Of a stretch of 64,000 bases of DNA, positions 11,807-26,842 are shown in pieces. The first letter of the stretch is position 1. The number at the start of each line of letters is the position of its first letter. Position numbers and translations under genes: made by a program. Location: assembly GCA_964016885.1 (NCBI GenBank), contig OZ024740.1:51894001-51958000 (forward strand). Direction: 5' to 3'. The notes below the pieces were generated by a model, which did no database searches, was not told the DNA's origin, and saw only the letters and a list, made by a program, of their open reading frames with translations. Source of the stretch: Eledone cirrhosa. Lineage: Eukaryota.

Positions 11807-13696
11807 ATAGATAGATATTCTTCATGGAATGTATGGTGTCATATGTCCTCATCTAAAGTGGACAGAACCTGCCTCAGCTACATGTGTTGTACGATAGATA
11901 TTATTGCCTTATCATGCTCCACAGAGAGAAATTTTGTGGTCAATCTGCTAGAAATAGCAGTGGATTTTCCTCAAACCTCACCCCACTATCTTAAAATAGG
12001 AAGGACAAATTGGAGAATATGATTCTTGATATAATATTAAAAGTTGTGAAGATAAAAGCTGGAATGTATTTGATCATACATGTACTTGATCAGAGCTGAT
12101 CTTGGGCTATGTAACAACAATGACAAAATAGACAACCAAATTCTGATATTACCAATCTGACTTTAAATAATGTAAATATTCAAGAATACCAGTAGGTTGT
12201 CAAGACAATTTCTCACACAATCACCACTCCTTCACATACTATGTGACCTACATATCCCCAACATTTAACAGTAATATTATATCAAGATAATTACGATAAT
12301 TACTAACATAACCACCAATAAACCTCTCACACACTACCAGAACTACCATACCCACACAGTTATGGGCAATAACCCAAACCACTCAGCTTAGCTAGATTAA
12401 AAAAAATGCTTCAAACATTAATGTTGATCCCACATAAAAGTTAGTTGTAAAATTATATCCAGTCTAACAACAAGAAAAATAATTACTTCTTTTCCCACCA
12501 AGTGATATTACCTATGAATGGCACCTGTACTTGAAAGAACTGCCTCAACTATAGAGAAAACATCATCATTACCATCACCATCATTATTTTATAACTGTTT
12601 GTCTATGCTTGCATGGGTTGGATAGGTATTTTTCAGTATAGCATCCAACCACTCATTGAGTTCCTTCATCATCATCTCTATGAGTTTCAGTTATTCAAGA
12701 TTAACTCTCATCAAGTCTTCCTTGGTCTTCCTTTTCTTAGCACTTCTTCCCTCAGCAACCATCATCCATATGCATCACATGTCCTAGTGGCAAGCTGGCA
12801 ATGTGTTCAGAGCGTAGGACAAAATGTCTTTTGGTATTTATTCCAGATCCGTGCACTCTGAGTTCAAATCCTGCTAATCTCAACTTTGCCTTTCATCTTT
12901 TCAGGGTTGTAAATTTAAGCACCAGTCTAGGGTGGCAAATAAAAGGAATTATTAGAGCATCAAATGAGATGAGTATTTGTTCTGCCTCTTTGCATTCTGA
13001 GTTCAAACCCTTCTGTGGCTTACTTGAGTGGAATACTTAATCTGTAACTCAGTTAAATGCCACCACTTTGCTCTTGAGTGGAGTTCACACTGTTGTAAGA
13101 CTCCAGACAAAGTATCTAGTTTGAGGATACCTTCTTTTCTCCCACCAGTTTTGGAGGCCCTGAAAAGAGTCATTGTAACTATCCTTCCTACCCTGACTAA
13201 AGAGCAAAAATCAAGAAAAAAATAACCACCCACCACTAATGCTGATACACAAAAAGTAACACAAATACCATTTTCCATCACCGCCTGAGTTACAGTTCTC
13301 TTTCACCGAGCAGCTGTTTTAACCAGAAATACAATTGTCAAAGGTACACTCTGAAGACTAACTAAAAATTGACACTTTAATTGTGTAATATAATAAAAAA
13401 CACATCACATCTCCTGACCACACCTTACCTCTTGTAACACCTCCACATCACACCTTCTGACCATATATCCTGACTATGTCATTCTTTCTGACCATACCAT
13501 ACCTCAGCACCACATCTCCTGGTCACACTACACTTCCACACCTTCTGACCACAAGACACCTCCAAGTCCAAGCTAATAATATGTAGTTGTTCAAATTTGT
13601 AGAACTAGCAACCGAATTTCCTTCAAATCACATCTTACCATGTTAAGAAATGGAAAAACTCAATATATAATGAAGTTTTAGGTATCCCTTTGAGGA

Positions 13697-14045
13697 CGTA
13701 GCATGGCTGAATGGTTAAGGAGTTTGCTTCGCAATCATTAGGTCTTAGGTTTGATCCCACAGCATTGCCTCTTGGGCTAGTGTCATTTACCATAACCTCA
13801 GGTCAATCCATACTTTGTGAGTGAAATTAAGTAGATGGAAACTATTAGGAAGTCTGTCAGATGGACTGTACCTGTAATTTAATGGGTCAGCATTGTCATA
13901 CAGTGTGTCATGCTGAATCCTTCTAAAAATTATGTTAAAGGTACCTGTGTCTGTAGAATGCTCGACTACTTACACATCAATTCATGTGCAGGTAATTTTG
14001 TTAATTGAATAACTGGAACATTCTTCATCGAGACTAACAGAGGTC
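13697..14045 (+). mobile_element. Diverged tRNA-derived SINE (family B)
   Basis: GCATGGCTGAATGGTTAAGG...GGTTTGATCCC head. The 3' half (TGTACCTGTAATT...) matches 5884-6055. Confidence 0.6.
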
Positions 14046-14537
14046 CATTTCAGGTATCCCTTAAATATAAGATGGTCATAGCTGGAATGCTTTTGAACCT
14101 AGGTCTGCTGAATGAGGGCTGTCTACTATGTGAGATCTAACTGCATAGAATAGTTTCAATAGTTGAAAGTCACTACTTAAAAAACTTATTTTTATTTTTC
14201 ATAGGTTCAGAAGCCATGAATAAAACATAAAAAATTGAAGTATCAAGCACCATAAATGTTTTAACTAATGATATATATTTAAATATTTTTGGGGTTGAAA
14301 GTTAAGACACAGCTTTATGATTTAAAGATAGAGATTGAGAGAAAAACAGTTACAGATTAAAATCTGCCCATTTGTTGTAACCATTATACTGAAATTATTA
14401 AGAAACTTCAGCAATTTTAACTTAATACAAAACTATTATTTAATCTGTTAGTTTACTATAATAGCTTTGGTTGATTTTATTGTAACTATAATAACTATAA
14501 TTACTGGGGTTATTTATATGGTTAACTACTATGGATT

Positions 14538-14718
14538 GGCAGTATCGGTAGAGGGTCGGACGCCATTCTTTGCAGCATATAGTTACACCCCTTTACAGTC
14601 CGAGCTCAAATCCTGCCGAGGTTAACTTTGCCTTTCATCCTTACAGGATCGATAAAATAAAGCACCAGCAATGCACTGGGATAATTGCTGGCCTTGTGCC
14701 AAAAATAGAAACAATTAT
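14538..14718 (+). mobile_element. SINE family A (~180 bp)
   Basis: GGCAGTATCGGTAGAG...TCAAATCC.GCCGAGGTTAACTTTGCCTTTCATCC...GATAAAATAAAG.ACCAG...GCTGGCCTTGTGCCAAAA.TAGAAACAATTA. More than ten copies in the window. Confidence 0.8.
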
Positions 14719-15587
14719 ATTGCGATAATTTGGTCATTTGTATTAACCACAGTTAATTTGTAGCGCTATTTGTATTATTAACTTCAGTGTTGGTAATCTA
14801 CAAGATAAACATGCCTAAAGTAGTTGGTGATAGGAAGGACATCCAGCTATAAAAAAAAAACCCTGCCAAAGTGTCAGGAGGACTCTTCAACTATGTCAAA
14901 GACATGACAACTTCTCTTGTGCTAGTGTCACAATAAAATGTACTCAGTAGAGCATCAGAACATATGTGAGATGCAAGCCCTCTGGCCTGTCTGAAACACT
15001 CAGTAGTGCATGGAAACATATCTAGGCAAGATGCAGGCCACAGGCCCATCTGAGAAGTCAGTAGCTCTGCTTGAGCAGTGACTTGATCTGTGACAACCAG
15101 TCCAACCATTGCTAACAGGGAAAACAGATGTTAAATGATGGTGATGGTAATGATAAGTTGTATTGTAATAACTTGGTTATTTTTATTGTTAACAACAGAT
15201 AACTTGGTGTTAACCACAATTATATTTTGTACTTCAGTTTTACTGAACGGTAACAATGCAGAGGATTTTATATTTAAATACTTTGTCTAACAATTGCACA
15301 AAGCCAGCAATTTGAAGGAAGAGGAAAGTTGAGTATATCAACTCCAGTAGTTAACCGGTGCTTTATTTAATCAACCCGGGAAGGATGAAAGGTAAAGTTA
15401 ACTTCAGTAGGATTTGAACAAGTAGTCATAATTGATGCAAGATTTTATTTCAGTGTCTGAGAGAAAGTTATTTTATTTGAGAAGTTACAAATGCTTCTTT
15501 GATTTCTAATTAATATTTGTTAAAAAATCCAGATTTTTCACTTTCTTAGTAAATTTTATATTTGATGGTGATCAGTTGATAATGAAA

Positions 15588-15815
15588 TTAAAGCCCATCT
15601 CTTAATACAAAATCGAAGAGACCAGAGACAATAACAAAATCAATTATTGATCTCTGTCCCTGATTACTCTTATACCATATATACCTATGGATGTCTCTGC
15701 TGGTAGAAGGTGTTTCATAATAGAGTCCATTGTTAGAACAGAAGTCTAATAAGGCCTTTCTATTCGTATTTAGATCGGGATTGCCATTCCTTCCAATCAA
15801 TCCTTTCCATGTCAG
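15588..15815 (-). pseudogene. RTE-clade apurinic endonuclease remnant
   Basis: WKGLIGRNG.PDLN...LLDFCSNNGL...HRYIWY...QRSIIDFVIVS. Confidence 0.7.
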
Positions 15816-15854
15816 GTGGTCAGTGACAAGAGGTGCCTTGAAGTTTGATATTAA

Positions 15855-16075
15855 CCCTTTAGCATTCACATTACTCTATATATATTATTGTATTTTGGTA
15901 GTAAACACTTTATCTTGCATAATTATCTCACATAATATCGAATCTATGAGATTTTGATGTTATTTATCTTGAGAACAATACCTTAACATCAGTATGAGTG
16001 GCCAGTTACAGCCGATTTGAACAGAAAGAGGTGAGATATTTCTTGCCGGATACGGCCGGTTTGAATGCTAAAGGG
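15855..16075. mobile_element. piggyBac-type MITE
   Basis: TTAA-CCCTTTAGCATTCA...TGAATGCTAAAGGG-TTAA (14-bp TIR, TTAA TSD). Confidence 0.82.
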
Positions 16076-16109
16076 TTAAAATAAAAAACAAAAAACAAAA
16101 ACAAAAAAA

Positions 16110-19100
16110 AACAGATGTTTATCGGTGGATGCCTGCAATTTCCAACTAATTTTAGGTCACTGATAATGAATATCATGGTTAAAACTGTTTGTTAGCTCTA
16201 CTTTTCATTATACACATATGTGTTCCAACAGAATTGCAGCAGTGCGTTTCTTACCACACTCACAGTTCCATTGCCCTTCAGTATTATTCCAACAGTCATA
16301 GGAGGTGGTTGTGATGTGCAAGTTTATATATCAAGGTGAAAAGTAGGTGATTTTCCCAGTCAAGTACTTTAAAAATTTATAATAAATATTCATTGAGCAG
16401 GCTATTGATATGCATGTGGAGCATTTTATATTAATTTTATTTTCCTACTGAATGATATAATTTTGATGAAACACACTCCTCTAGACCACATCTCATACTA
16501 CAAGGGAACCATGACATTGTCAGGGATCTATAACTATCTAAAAATAAAGGAGAGCTGCTAGGCTCTCGTCTTCAACAGTGGAATCTCCTAACAGCTGATG
16601 TGAAGATTTCAAAATGTCATGACCGTCAGCAGCAGTTCAGCAATTTCTTGATAATGGAAGGTGATTTATTGGCCTGCAACAATATTAATGGTCTGATGGA
16701 AGCACTTGGTATTGAAAAGGAACTCAGTTACTGGAGGCTGTTCTCAGATTCATCAAAAACTAGTCTGAAAGGTGTCTTGTTGCATAAACGCAACCATGCC
16801 TCTCCTGGTCTTGATGGTGTTACGTACCTGCTTCTTAAACGTGGTGGGTACTTCCTTCTACACCAGTTATCACGCTTCTTCCAATTCTGTCTGAACAACA
16901 GTGCTACTCTAGAACAGTGGAAAACTGCCAGTGTCATTCCTCTGTTCAAAAAGGGTGACCGCACATCACCTGTGAACTATCGTCCAGTCAGTCTTACTAG
17001 TTGCATCGCCAAACTGATGGAATCCTGTGTCAGAGAAACACTTTGGAACTTCTGGAGCTCTCACAGTCTTATCCGGCCCTCGCAATTTGGATTTATCCCC
17101 AACTCCAGCTGCTGTGATCAACTTACAGAGTTTCTTGAGGACATCACCCGGATCACTGATGGCGGCTCATGGGTGGATGTTGTTTACCTTGACTTTGCGA
17201 AGGCCTTCAATTCTGTGCCACACAAAAGACTTATGGCAAAACTCTCTGCAATAGGTGTGAAGGATGATCTTTTTAACTGGTTGAAGTCCTTCATTCTCAG
17301 TCGAAGAGAGGTAGTCACGGTTCTGGGACAGCATTCCTCACCATATGAGATGTCATCTGGTGTACCTCAGGGATCTGTTCTTGGCCCCCTTTTGTTTGTG
17401 GCATATATTAATGACATAGATGCCAACTTAAGGAATGCCACAGTACTAAAGTACGCAGACGATATCAAGCTGTACCTTGAGATAAAAAGGACAGATCCTG
17501 AACACTATAGATCTTGCTTGCAGTCTGACCTGGACACAATGCAACAGTGGATCTCAGACTGGCAACTCAAGCTAGCTGTGGACAAGTGCACCACCATGCA
17601 TTTTGGGAGTAAAAACCCAGCGTCCACATACTCCCTCCACAGCACTAATATCAAGAAGTCTTCCTGTGAACGTGACCTGGGCATTACGGTCAGCAGCGAT
17701 TTGCGTTGGACGAGGCACGTCTCTAAAATTGTCAAGAGGGCCGAGGGTGTCTTAGCATCACTCAGCAAGACCTTTGTCATCCGCTCTCCAGATATCTATT
17801 TAAGGCTGTATACAGCTATGGTGCGACCACACTTAGAATTTGCATCACCAGTCTGGAACCCCTATCTTGCTTAGAACATTGACCGCCTGGAAACTGTTCA
17901 GAGACGTGCAACCAAGCGAATACCCCCCATCAGGCATCTACCATACTCTGAGCGCCTTGCTTCCCTGGGCATGGATTCATTGAAGCTCCGACGCCTGGCA
18001 ACTGACTTGGTAAACACCCACAAAATTGTTAACCATGTTGCCAACAACAACCCTGAGTGCCTTTTCGATTTCCATGTGTCTAACACACGTGGACATGCCC
18101 ACAAAGTAAGAAAACAGCACAGTTCCCATGACTTTCGGAAACATTTTTTCACGCTTAGAGTTGCTGAAGCATGGAACAAACTACCTGCATCAGTTGTTAG
18201 CTGTCGAGACACTGCATCCTTTAAGGCCTCCATGCTTCCCGAGATCCGCCAACACTACAGCTAACACATACACACATGTACTTCCCTGACATTTGTGTAT
18301 TATTCTATGTACTTTCTTGACGAGTTGTAGTGCACCTGAGCACTTTACACAATAATTTCATTATTATTATTTTATTATTATAATGGCAATAGTGAACCAC
18401 CAGTTCCTGTGGGCTATGCATCACATATGAAAGAAACTTATGAGAATATAAAGCAGATGTTGCAATGCATAAAATATGATGAACGTCAATGGCAGCTCTG
18501 TAGTTACATAAAGGTTGTTGCTCTTGTGATGGGATTGCAGGGCAGATACATGAAGTACAGCTGCCTTCTAGGTAAATGTAACAGCTATGCAAGAGGTTCC
18601 CACTATATTAGGAAAGACTAGCCACCTCATCAATTATTGGTGCCTGGGATGAAAAATGTTTAATAGCCACCTATCACTGAACCAAACAAAATGTTGCTAT
18701 CACCACAACACAAAACTGGGGCTCATAAAAAACTTTGTAAAAGCTATGGAGAAATCCGGTCAGGGATTCAATGTTTTAACATCAAAATTCCCCTCACTAA
18801 GCAATGCTAAGATAAAAGAGGGAGTCTTCATTGGTCCTCAGGTTCGAGAGCTTCTTAAAGATAGTGACTTTAAATCAGCCCTTCATGGGGAGGAGAAAGC
18901 TACTTGGGAAGCATTCAAGTTAGTGGTGAAGGGATTTCTCAGAAACAGAAGGGAAGGAAACTATGAAGAATTGGTGGAAAACCTCATCAAGGCATACAAG
19001 AATATGGGATGTAACATGTCACTTAAAATCCACTTTTTGGAATCCCATTTAGCCTTTTTTCCAGCGAACTAATGGGACAGTAAGTGAAAAATATGGTGAG

Positions 19101-19430
19101 AGGTTTCACCAAGATATTTTAACCATAGAAAAACGGTACCAGGGAAAACGGAGCACAACAATGCTTGCAAACTATTGCTGGACATTAGTAAGAGATGATT
19201 TTTCAACTCACTATAAATGTCAAGCAAAAAAGGCAGAGATTATATACAGACTAGAGCATAATGACACATGTACGTTATAATAAAATAATAAAATATTACA
19301 TGTTGTGTTAAGCCTGTAGCTAATAAATACTTATCAAGGTGATATTTGGATTTAGGACATGAAAATACATAAGAATTAAATAATTTCATTTAAGAAGCAC
19401 ACAACTTTAAAAAAATTATTAATCAGGGTC
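16110..19430 (+). mobile_element. Decayed Chapaev3-like (CMC) DNA transposon, split by a nested CR1 LINE
   Basis: Peptides DIVRDL.LSK.K.ELLGSRL..WNLL...WRLFSDSSKTSLKGVLLH (~16500-16786) resume as NGN..P.PVGYASHMKETYEN...KLGLIKNFVKA...GPQVREL...GCNMSLKIHFL.SHL.FFP...GERFHQD...EKRYQGK...YCWTL (18381-19240). Element ends are approximate and the family call is from recalled similarity. Confidence 0.75.
16787..18380 (+). mobile_element. 5'-truncated CR1-clade LINE (RT domain) with premature stop at 17874
   Basis: SPGLDG, VIPLFKKG, NYRPVSLTS, YLDFAKAF, GVPQGSVLGPLLF, YADD, ERDLG, RVAEAWNKLP. 3' UTR ends in an (ATT)n tail. Confidence 0.92.
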
Positions 19431-19771
19431 TAATCAACTTCAGGCTTAAGAACAACTTTAGGTTAAAGAAGCAAGTAATGCAAGGGAAGTAATTAACTGT
19501 TGAGTAGTCTCCCTTTGTCAACAAACTTTAAACTTGTTTCAATTATGGCATTTTTTCCGATATTAGCCCAAATTTTTATAGAAATTTCCCCTTCTGTTTC
19601 ATTTCCACCGCTAGCCACTAACAGACAATATATTAGTTTTCTATTCTCAAATAGCTTGTATATTTAATACAATCTTCTAAAATTATGTCTTGAATTTATC
19701 AGATGAAAATGTAAGTTAAAAATGTTTCTCAAACTAATGAACAGCTATAGTTTTAATAATAAAATCAAATC

Positions 19772-21622
19772 ATAAAAATAATAATAATGAAAATTATTGT
19801 GTACAGTGCTCAGGTGCACTACAACTCATCAAAGGTGCATATGGTTTAAGCCCTCTAAGCTATTGTACTCTCAAAAACTGCAACAACTCTGGGAAACTAA
19901 ACCAGAACAACCTGCCATCCTCTACACACCATCATAAACTGCAAGCAGGGTACAAATTGTTGTCCTTAAATGCTCGCAGTTTATGCAACAAGATACATCT
20001 GTTTAACTCCTACGTCAGAAGCATCGACCCTGACTTCATTACAGTCACGGAAACCTGGGCACATTCCTTACTCTGTGATGGAGTTTTCAGCATTACTGGG
20101 TACAACCTTTTCCGCAAGGACCGCATTAATCGCCGTGGTGGTGGTGTGATGGTCTACATTCGTTCAAACTTTTCGGTAATTCCTTGCGTTGATTTGAACG
20201 AATCACAAGAAGAAGTTTTTTTTTTGTGACATACGTATGACCATGTCAACACTTCTGCTTGGTGTTGTTTATCGCCCCCCAAACTACCATCAGGACACAC
20301 AGCTTTGCGATATCCTCAGAGCAGCTGCCAGGAAAACAGCCACTTATGTGTTTATTGCAGGTGACTTCAATCATCCTGAGATCGATTGGGAAACCTTTCG
20401 TTTGCTACAAAGTGAAAACGATTTCCTTGAGCTAGTGCTGGACTCAAACTGGTCACAAGTAGTCACCTCTCCAACAAGAGGTGACAACACTTTGGACCTG
20501 ATCTTCACTACTTCTGAAGTGGTTATCAGTTGTACTACTGAGGAACCTCTAGGCGACTCTGATCATGCTATGATCATTGCCAATCTGGCTCTTGCGGGCA
20601 GCAACAAAAACCAGAACCATCTCCAATCTGCTTGCTTTGATTGGAAGAAAGCAGATTGGAACTTGTACTGCACTGAGCTACAGCGCCCAAACTGGCATGA
20701 GTTCTATAACTCTGGAGATGTGAACACTATACTCCAGAGCATCCTGAACTCAATATGGATAGCGTGTGCAGCATCAGTGCCACGTAAGCAGAAAAAACCC
20801 CACCACAAAAGTGCAATTTGGGAAACTTCAGCGGTCCGACTTGCCAGGAAAGAACGTTGGAACGCTGAACGGGAATATAAACTGCATAAATCAGATGCCA
20901 ACAGAAAAAAGCGGAATAAATCTTCCAACCATCTCGAGCAAGTGACAAAAAAGGCAGTGCTTGAATTTGAACAGTGCATAGCAACCAATCCTGACAGTAA
21001 AGTGTTCTGGAAATATGTTCATTCAAAGCAGAGACATCACTCTCCAGTTGGTCCTCTTCGCAATCCCCACACAAGCCAGATCACTGACGATCCCAAAGAA
21101 TGCGCAGAACTCATTGCTGAGTGCTATACAAGCATTTTTACTGTTGAAAACCAGAATGTACCATCTCCACCATCTCTAACATCAAAGAACTATGGAATTT
21201 ACACCTGCAATGTTGCGACGTCACCTTAAGAATAAGCGCAACTATGCCTCCCCTGGTCTTGATGGTGTTACATACCTGCTTCTCAAACATGGCGGGTACT
21301 TCCTTTTGCACCAGCTTTCTTTCTTCTTTCAATACTGTCTCAACAATGGTGCTACTCCGGAGCAGTGGAAAACTGCCAGTGTCATTCCCCTGTTCAAAAA
21401 GGGCGACCGCACGTCACCTGTCAACTATCGTCCAGTTAGTCTTACTAGCTGTATTGCCAAACTGATGGAATCCTGTGTCAGAGAAATACTTTGGAACTTC
21501 TGGAGCTCTCACAGCCTCATCCGGCCCTCGCAGTTTGGATTTATCCCTAACTCCAGCTGCTGTTGTGATCAGCTTATCGAGTTCCTTGAAGACATTACCC
21601 GGATCACTGTTTACCTTGACTT
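19772..21622 (+). mobile_element. CR1 LINE fragment (APE plus start of RT, frameshifted) joined head-to-head to an inverted copy of its own 3' tail
   Basis: LNARSL, ITVTETW, RGGGV, VYRPP, GDFNHP, LDLIFT, SDH and RT domain 0-2 on the plus strand. 19772-19832 is the reverse complement of the CR1 3' end seen at 18320-18372. Confidence 0.88.
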
Positions 21623-22683
21623 TCTAGTTTTTTTAATGTTTTGTATGGAACAATAGTGTTCCACATTCATGTGCGTATTAACATTTTGAGGCCTCCACAA
21701 CACTATCTTAAGGATTAGAATGGTAATATAGCAGTGTTTTATTCATGTGCTTCCTAGTTATCGTAGAATATTATGATAATAGGAGGAAATTATGGGCATC
21801 TAATGAAAAACTTAAAACAGTTAAAGCATGGCAGTTATAATAATTGGTTTTACATATGCTGTGTCTTTGTGTTCATTTTTATTGATATTACTAGAGATTT
21901 TATCATTGTTCATGTAGTTTTGTGTTGGATTCTCTGTCGTATAGTAATGTTAACAACTAATGCAGTCCTGTCTAATTTTGCTGCATGTGCTGATAATGTG
22001 TTGTAATGTATTCTTATTGTAAATGCATGGTTTATCAACAGGAATGTATAGTTCTTGTGTGACTGTTATAACATTTGTGGTCACGAAGTTCACAACTTCC
22101 ATGTTTGCATTGAAATGTATATATCACTTTGGTTATCAGTAGACCTGTCGACCCCCCCCCCCCCCCCCCCCAATGCGAAAATGGATATAGCTTTCATTAT
22201 GTAAAATCTCCCCATTTTGCCCCATTTCTCCTCGTTTTGGGGCACTTTTTTCATGGTACTCCCCGTTTGGGTTTTTAGAGGTTGGCAGGTCTGGTTATGT
22301 AACTTAACAGTCACAAAATTTTATGTTGAGGTTTTTTTTTCTATTTTGGTATTTTTGGGTTTTTGTAGTATATTCTATCTATTATGCATCTGGTGTTTTG
22401 TTCTGAGGTTTTTTTAAAAATGAAATGATGTTTCAATTCTATAATCAGAGTGCATTTGGTTATTGTAGTGTACGAAATGTGTTCTTAAATAATTGATTGT
22501 TTTACAAGTGAGATTTCGTTATTTAAATCTTCCTGAGTGAATGATCACTTAAAAGCTCGTCTAATGAAGGTTTTAGTAACAGATATTTTGTATCTGTGGG
22601 GATACTCATTATCTACATGCATATAGGCCTTTGTTTATTTTGTGAAAACATATGTGGTATACTCCTACACACATACACATATA

Positions 22684-22980
<297 letters not shown>

Positions 22981-23351
22981 TATATACATATATATATAGT
23001 AATAATAATAAATTTGAAGAGTAAAATCCAAAGAGGGCTCGGTAAGGATAAATATATATCAAATATATAAGAACCGTAGAGCAAATATTTATTAAAATAA
23101 CAGATTAAAGTTTAAGCAAAGAATCGCTGCTTTCACCCTTAACGGCATCTTCTGACACTAAAAAGTCAATCTGTGAACGCAGAAATAAATATTTCAAAAA
23201 ACGTTGCAACCGGAGGACGACAGGAAGACTATACTTTGGTTCGTGGAGACGTTCCCTGGCAATGAACGGAAAAAAACGAAGATAATACGTAATTATTTGG
23301 AGCGGTGAAAACAAGTACACGCAAGGACAAAACCACTTTAATCTGTTATTT

Positions 23352-23850
<499 letters not shown>

Positions 23851-24712
23851 TTAACCCTAGTTGATCAAGTTCACACTATATGCAAATGAGTACCTCCAGC
23901 CAAATTTTCATGTGCAAAAAGCATATAAGTTATAAGTTTATTCATGTCTCAGTACCGAGAGAGTAAAGGACACCGATGGCAGATAAACAGCAACGCATTA
24001 TCATTTGGTTGCCGAGATATTTGTGACATGATCACAGCTTAAAATATTTATAGCGAGACTCTTATATGCTTATTATATATACAAATATCGCATATGCTTT
24101 CATGTACATCACCAAGGCAGAAATATTGGTATTCAATATTTAATTTATTAATAATTCTAACACGTGCTTCGTTACAGCAATATTTTTAGCCTACGAAGTT
24201 TTATAGATGAAATAGTATCATAAGAAGTTGATCAATCACCATTTGAGGATTGGTGTGATTGTCTAGATCCTGACAGTTATCCAATCGATACGGTATGTTC
24301 ATTTTACTTTATTTTTAGGTAGTGGTTTACGGTACTTATTTATAACAGCAGTAGTAATTGAATTATAGAAAATATATACAGCGATAAGTTTACTTTAAAT
24401 TATCTTCCAACTGTTAAATTATTGGTACCAAGGATCTGTGCCCAGACCATTCGTTGGCGACACTTTGTCTGTGTGCGATTCTATAAGTTCGACTGGCGTA
24501 TCGTCTATGAGTGATTCGGAAATTGTGTTTTATTCAAGATAAGTTATGTTCTTACAAAGTGTGGTGTGAGTTATTGTGACCCTCGTAAGGGTAATAAATT
24601 CAAAGAGATATCTGTGATATGCAGAGCTTCTCAGTTCTTTTGGGATACGTTTTTTAATAGCTCTAATCTTTTTTCTAACTTGTTCTGATTATCATTTCTT
24701 TTCAGATAAATA

Positions 24713-25083
24713 ATGATAGACATCAACCTATCTCAGCAAAGGCAGAGCATATTGATTTAGAGATTGTTCGCTTCCTGAAAGTAGCACGGTAATTTGTTGT
24801 CAAAATTCACAAAGAGTTGGAAGACACTGACGGGGATTCTACGAAAGGTGCAGAAAATTATCAATAAGAGCTACAGAAAGTCAATTATTGCCACTGCTAA
24901 AGAACTGAAGGTTTGAAGGCTCACTGTTGGAAGAATTGTGTATGAGGACCTTTGATATAAGTTATGTGCGATGTGAAGAGGTCGAATTATGTCTGCAAAG
25001 ACAAAAGATAGCCGTCTGATCCGAGCAAAGTGTTTGTTGAGCAAGTTGAAACGCCAAGAACCTGGAATGTTTTGGTTTTTCTG
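24713..25083 (+). pseudogene. Tc1/mariner (DD37D-like) transposase N-terminal remnant
   Basis: Translation SIIATAKELKV*RLTVGRIVYEDL*YK...RGRIMSAKTKDSRLIRAKCLLSKLKRQEPGMFWFF (HTH region up to just before the first D), with several stops. Confidence 0.65.
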
Positions 25084-25909
25084 TAATTCTACCTGCTTCT
25101 GACTTCAACAGAACCTACACCGACCAAACCTAAATCCTGTAATCATCCATAAACCTAATGCAAACACCATCTCGCTTAACGAACCGATCAAACCGATCAA
25201 ACTAATGGAGTGAAACCACAGGCCTAGCTAATAAATGACCAAATAGAATGACCTTTAAAACCTGATATTAAATAAAAAATATATAATGCAAACCTAAATA
25301 CCGCAAAAGTAAAAGAAAAAAAACCCGAATCAGACCCCTATTACAATCTAAACAACACGAAATTATAAACAATAACTGAAAGAAGCATCACATAACATAT
25401 AATTTAAAAGATTAAATAAAGTTATTGAAATATTAAATAACTATAATATCAAATAAAGTATTATCTAAATAAATTTCATCCAAATGAAATTTGTTGAAAT
25501 ATTATCTCACCTGAATTACCTCGTATATAACTCTATCCAACGAAGAACCTGCATAGCTTCTTCACCTCGACACATATATAGAACGGATGTGGCCGAAGCT
25601 AGGGTCCCTAATTCGACCTGCTTCCTTCCTCAACAGTGTGTCACCTATCCCTTAAAATTCTTAATCAGCAAGGAAATAAGTATACTTACCAAGATTTCAA
25701 AATCCTCACTCCATATAGTTGAAACTATGGCCAAGCAACAATGCTAGCCATACGATACAAAGCCAAAGTCATCCCTTCATAGCACAAATACTACTACGTA
25801 CTACCAATGAAATAAGCAAACCGATGCTGTCTATGAACTCAAGCAAATGAAATAGCATGATTTCAAATCAAGAACAGATAACTGCAAGCCCAGATAAAGC
25901 GGAAACTCA

Positions 25910-26815
25910 AAACAGGCTGCCCATGGGAACTCCTGTATGCGGATGATCTCACACTCATAGCGGAATCTAGAGTGGAACTGGAGGGGAAATTCTAAACATG
26001 GAAGCAGGGCCTAGAAAAAAGGGGTCCCAAAGTCGACCTGACAAAACCAAGGTCCAAGAAAGTAGAAGAGAAAACAGAAATCTTGATCCCCTCAGGTAAA
26101 TGGCTGTGCTCAGTATGTAGGAAAGTTTTTGGTAGAAATTATATTCTCTGCCCCAAATGCAAACCATGGGTACACAAGAGATGTAGTTGGATCTCAGGAA
26201 GTTTAACTGAAAATGTAGGGGTTGCACCGAGACTGTAGGTAGCAAACAATCAAAGGAAACAAGCGTTATAAAAATCTGGGAGTACTCTGTAGAAACAGCA
26301 GACAGCTTTTGCCACCTGGGCGACCAAATCAACAGTGGAGGTAGGTGTTCCGAAAGTACAGCAGCTAGAGTAAAAACGGGATGGAAGAAGTTCAGGGAGC
26401 TACCACCACCAGCCACAAAAGGCTTTTCCCTCAAAATTAAAGATCGACTGTATGATGCGTGCATACGAACAGCAATGCTGCATGGCAGCGAGTCCTGGGC
26501 ACTGTGTGCAGAAGACCTGCGCAGATTGGAAAGGAATGAAGCTTGCATGCTCCGATGGATGTGCAACATCAATATATGTGAACAGCAAAGCATAAACGAT
26601 TCTAGAGAGAAACCAGGCATAAGAGGAATCAGATGTAGTGTGCAGGAGAGGAAACTGCCTTGGCATGGACATGTGATACGTATGAAGGATAACAGCTGTA
26701 TAAAAAGGTTCAGAACGCTCAAAGTGGACGGAATCCGTGGAGTAGGGAGACCCAGGAAGACTTGGGACGAGGTGATAAAAGCTGAGCATGTCCAATTACA
26801 CCTCTCAAAGGCGAT
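25910..26815 (+). mobile_element. Diverged RTE LINE RT C-terminal fragment
   Basis: KTGCPWELLYADDLTLIAES...LHGSESWALCAEDLRRLERNEACMLRWMC...GRPRKTWDE. Ends at (CATA)n. Confidence 0.88.
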
Positions 26816-26842
26816 ATACATACATACATACATACATACATA

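Noticed and set aside
24176-24335. Possible exons with AG/GT boundaries (also micro-exon-like sites near 15238 and 19703)
   Set aside because: There is an in-frame stop and no recognisable protein. They cannot be supported without RNA data.
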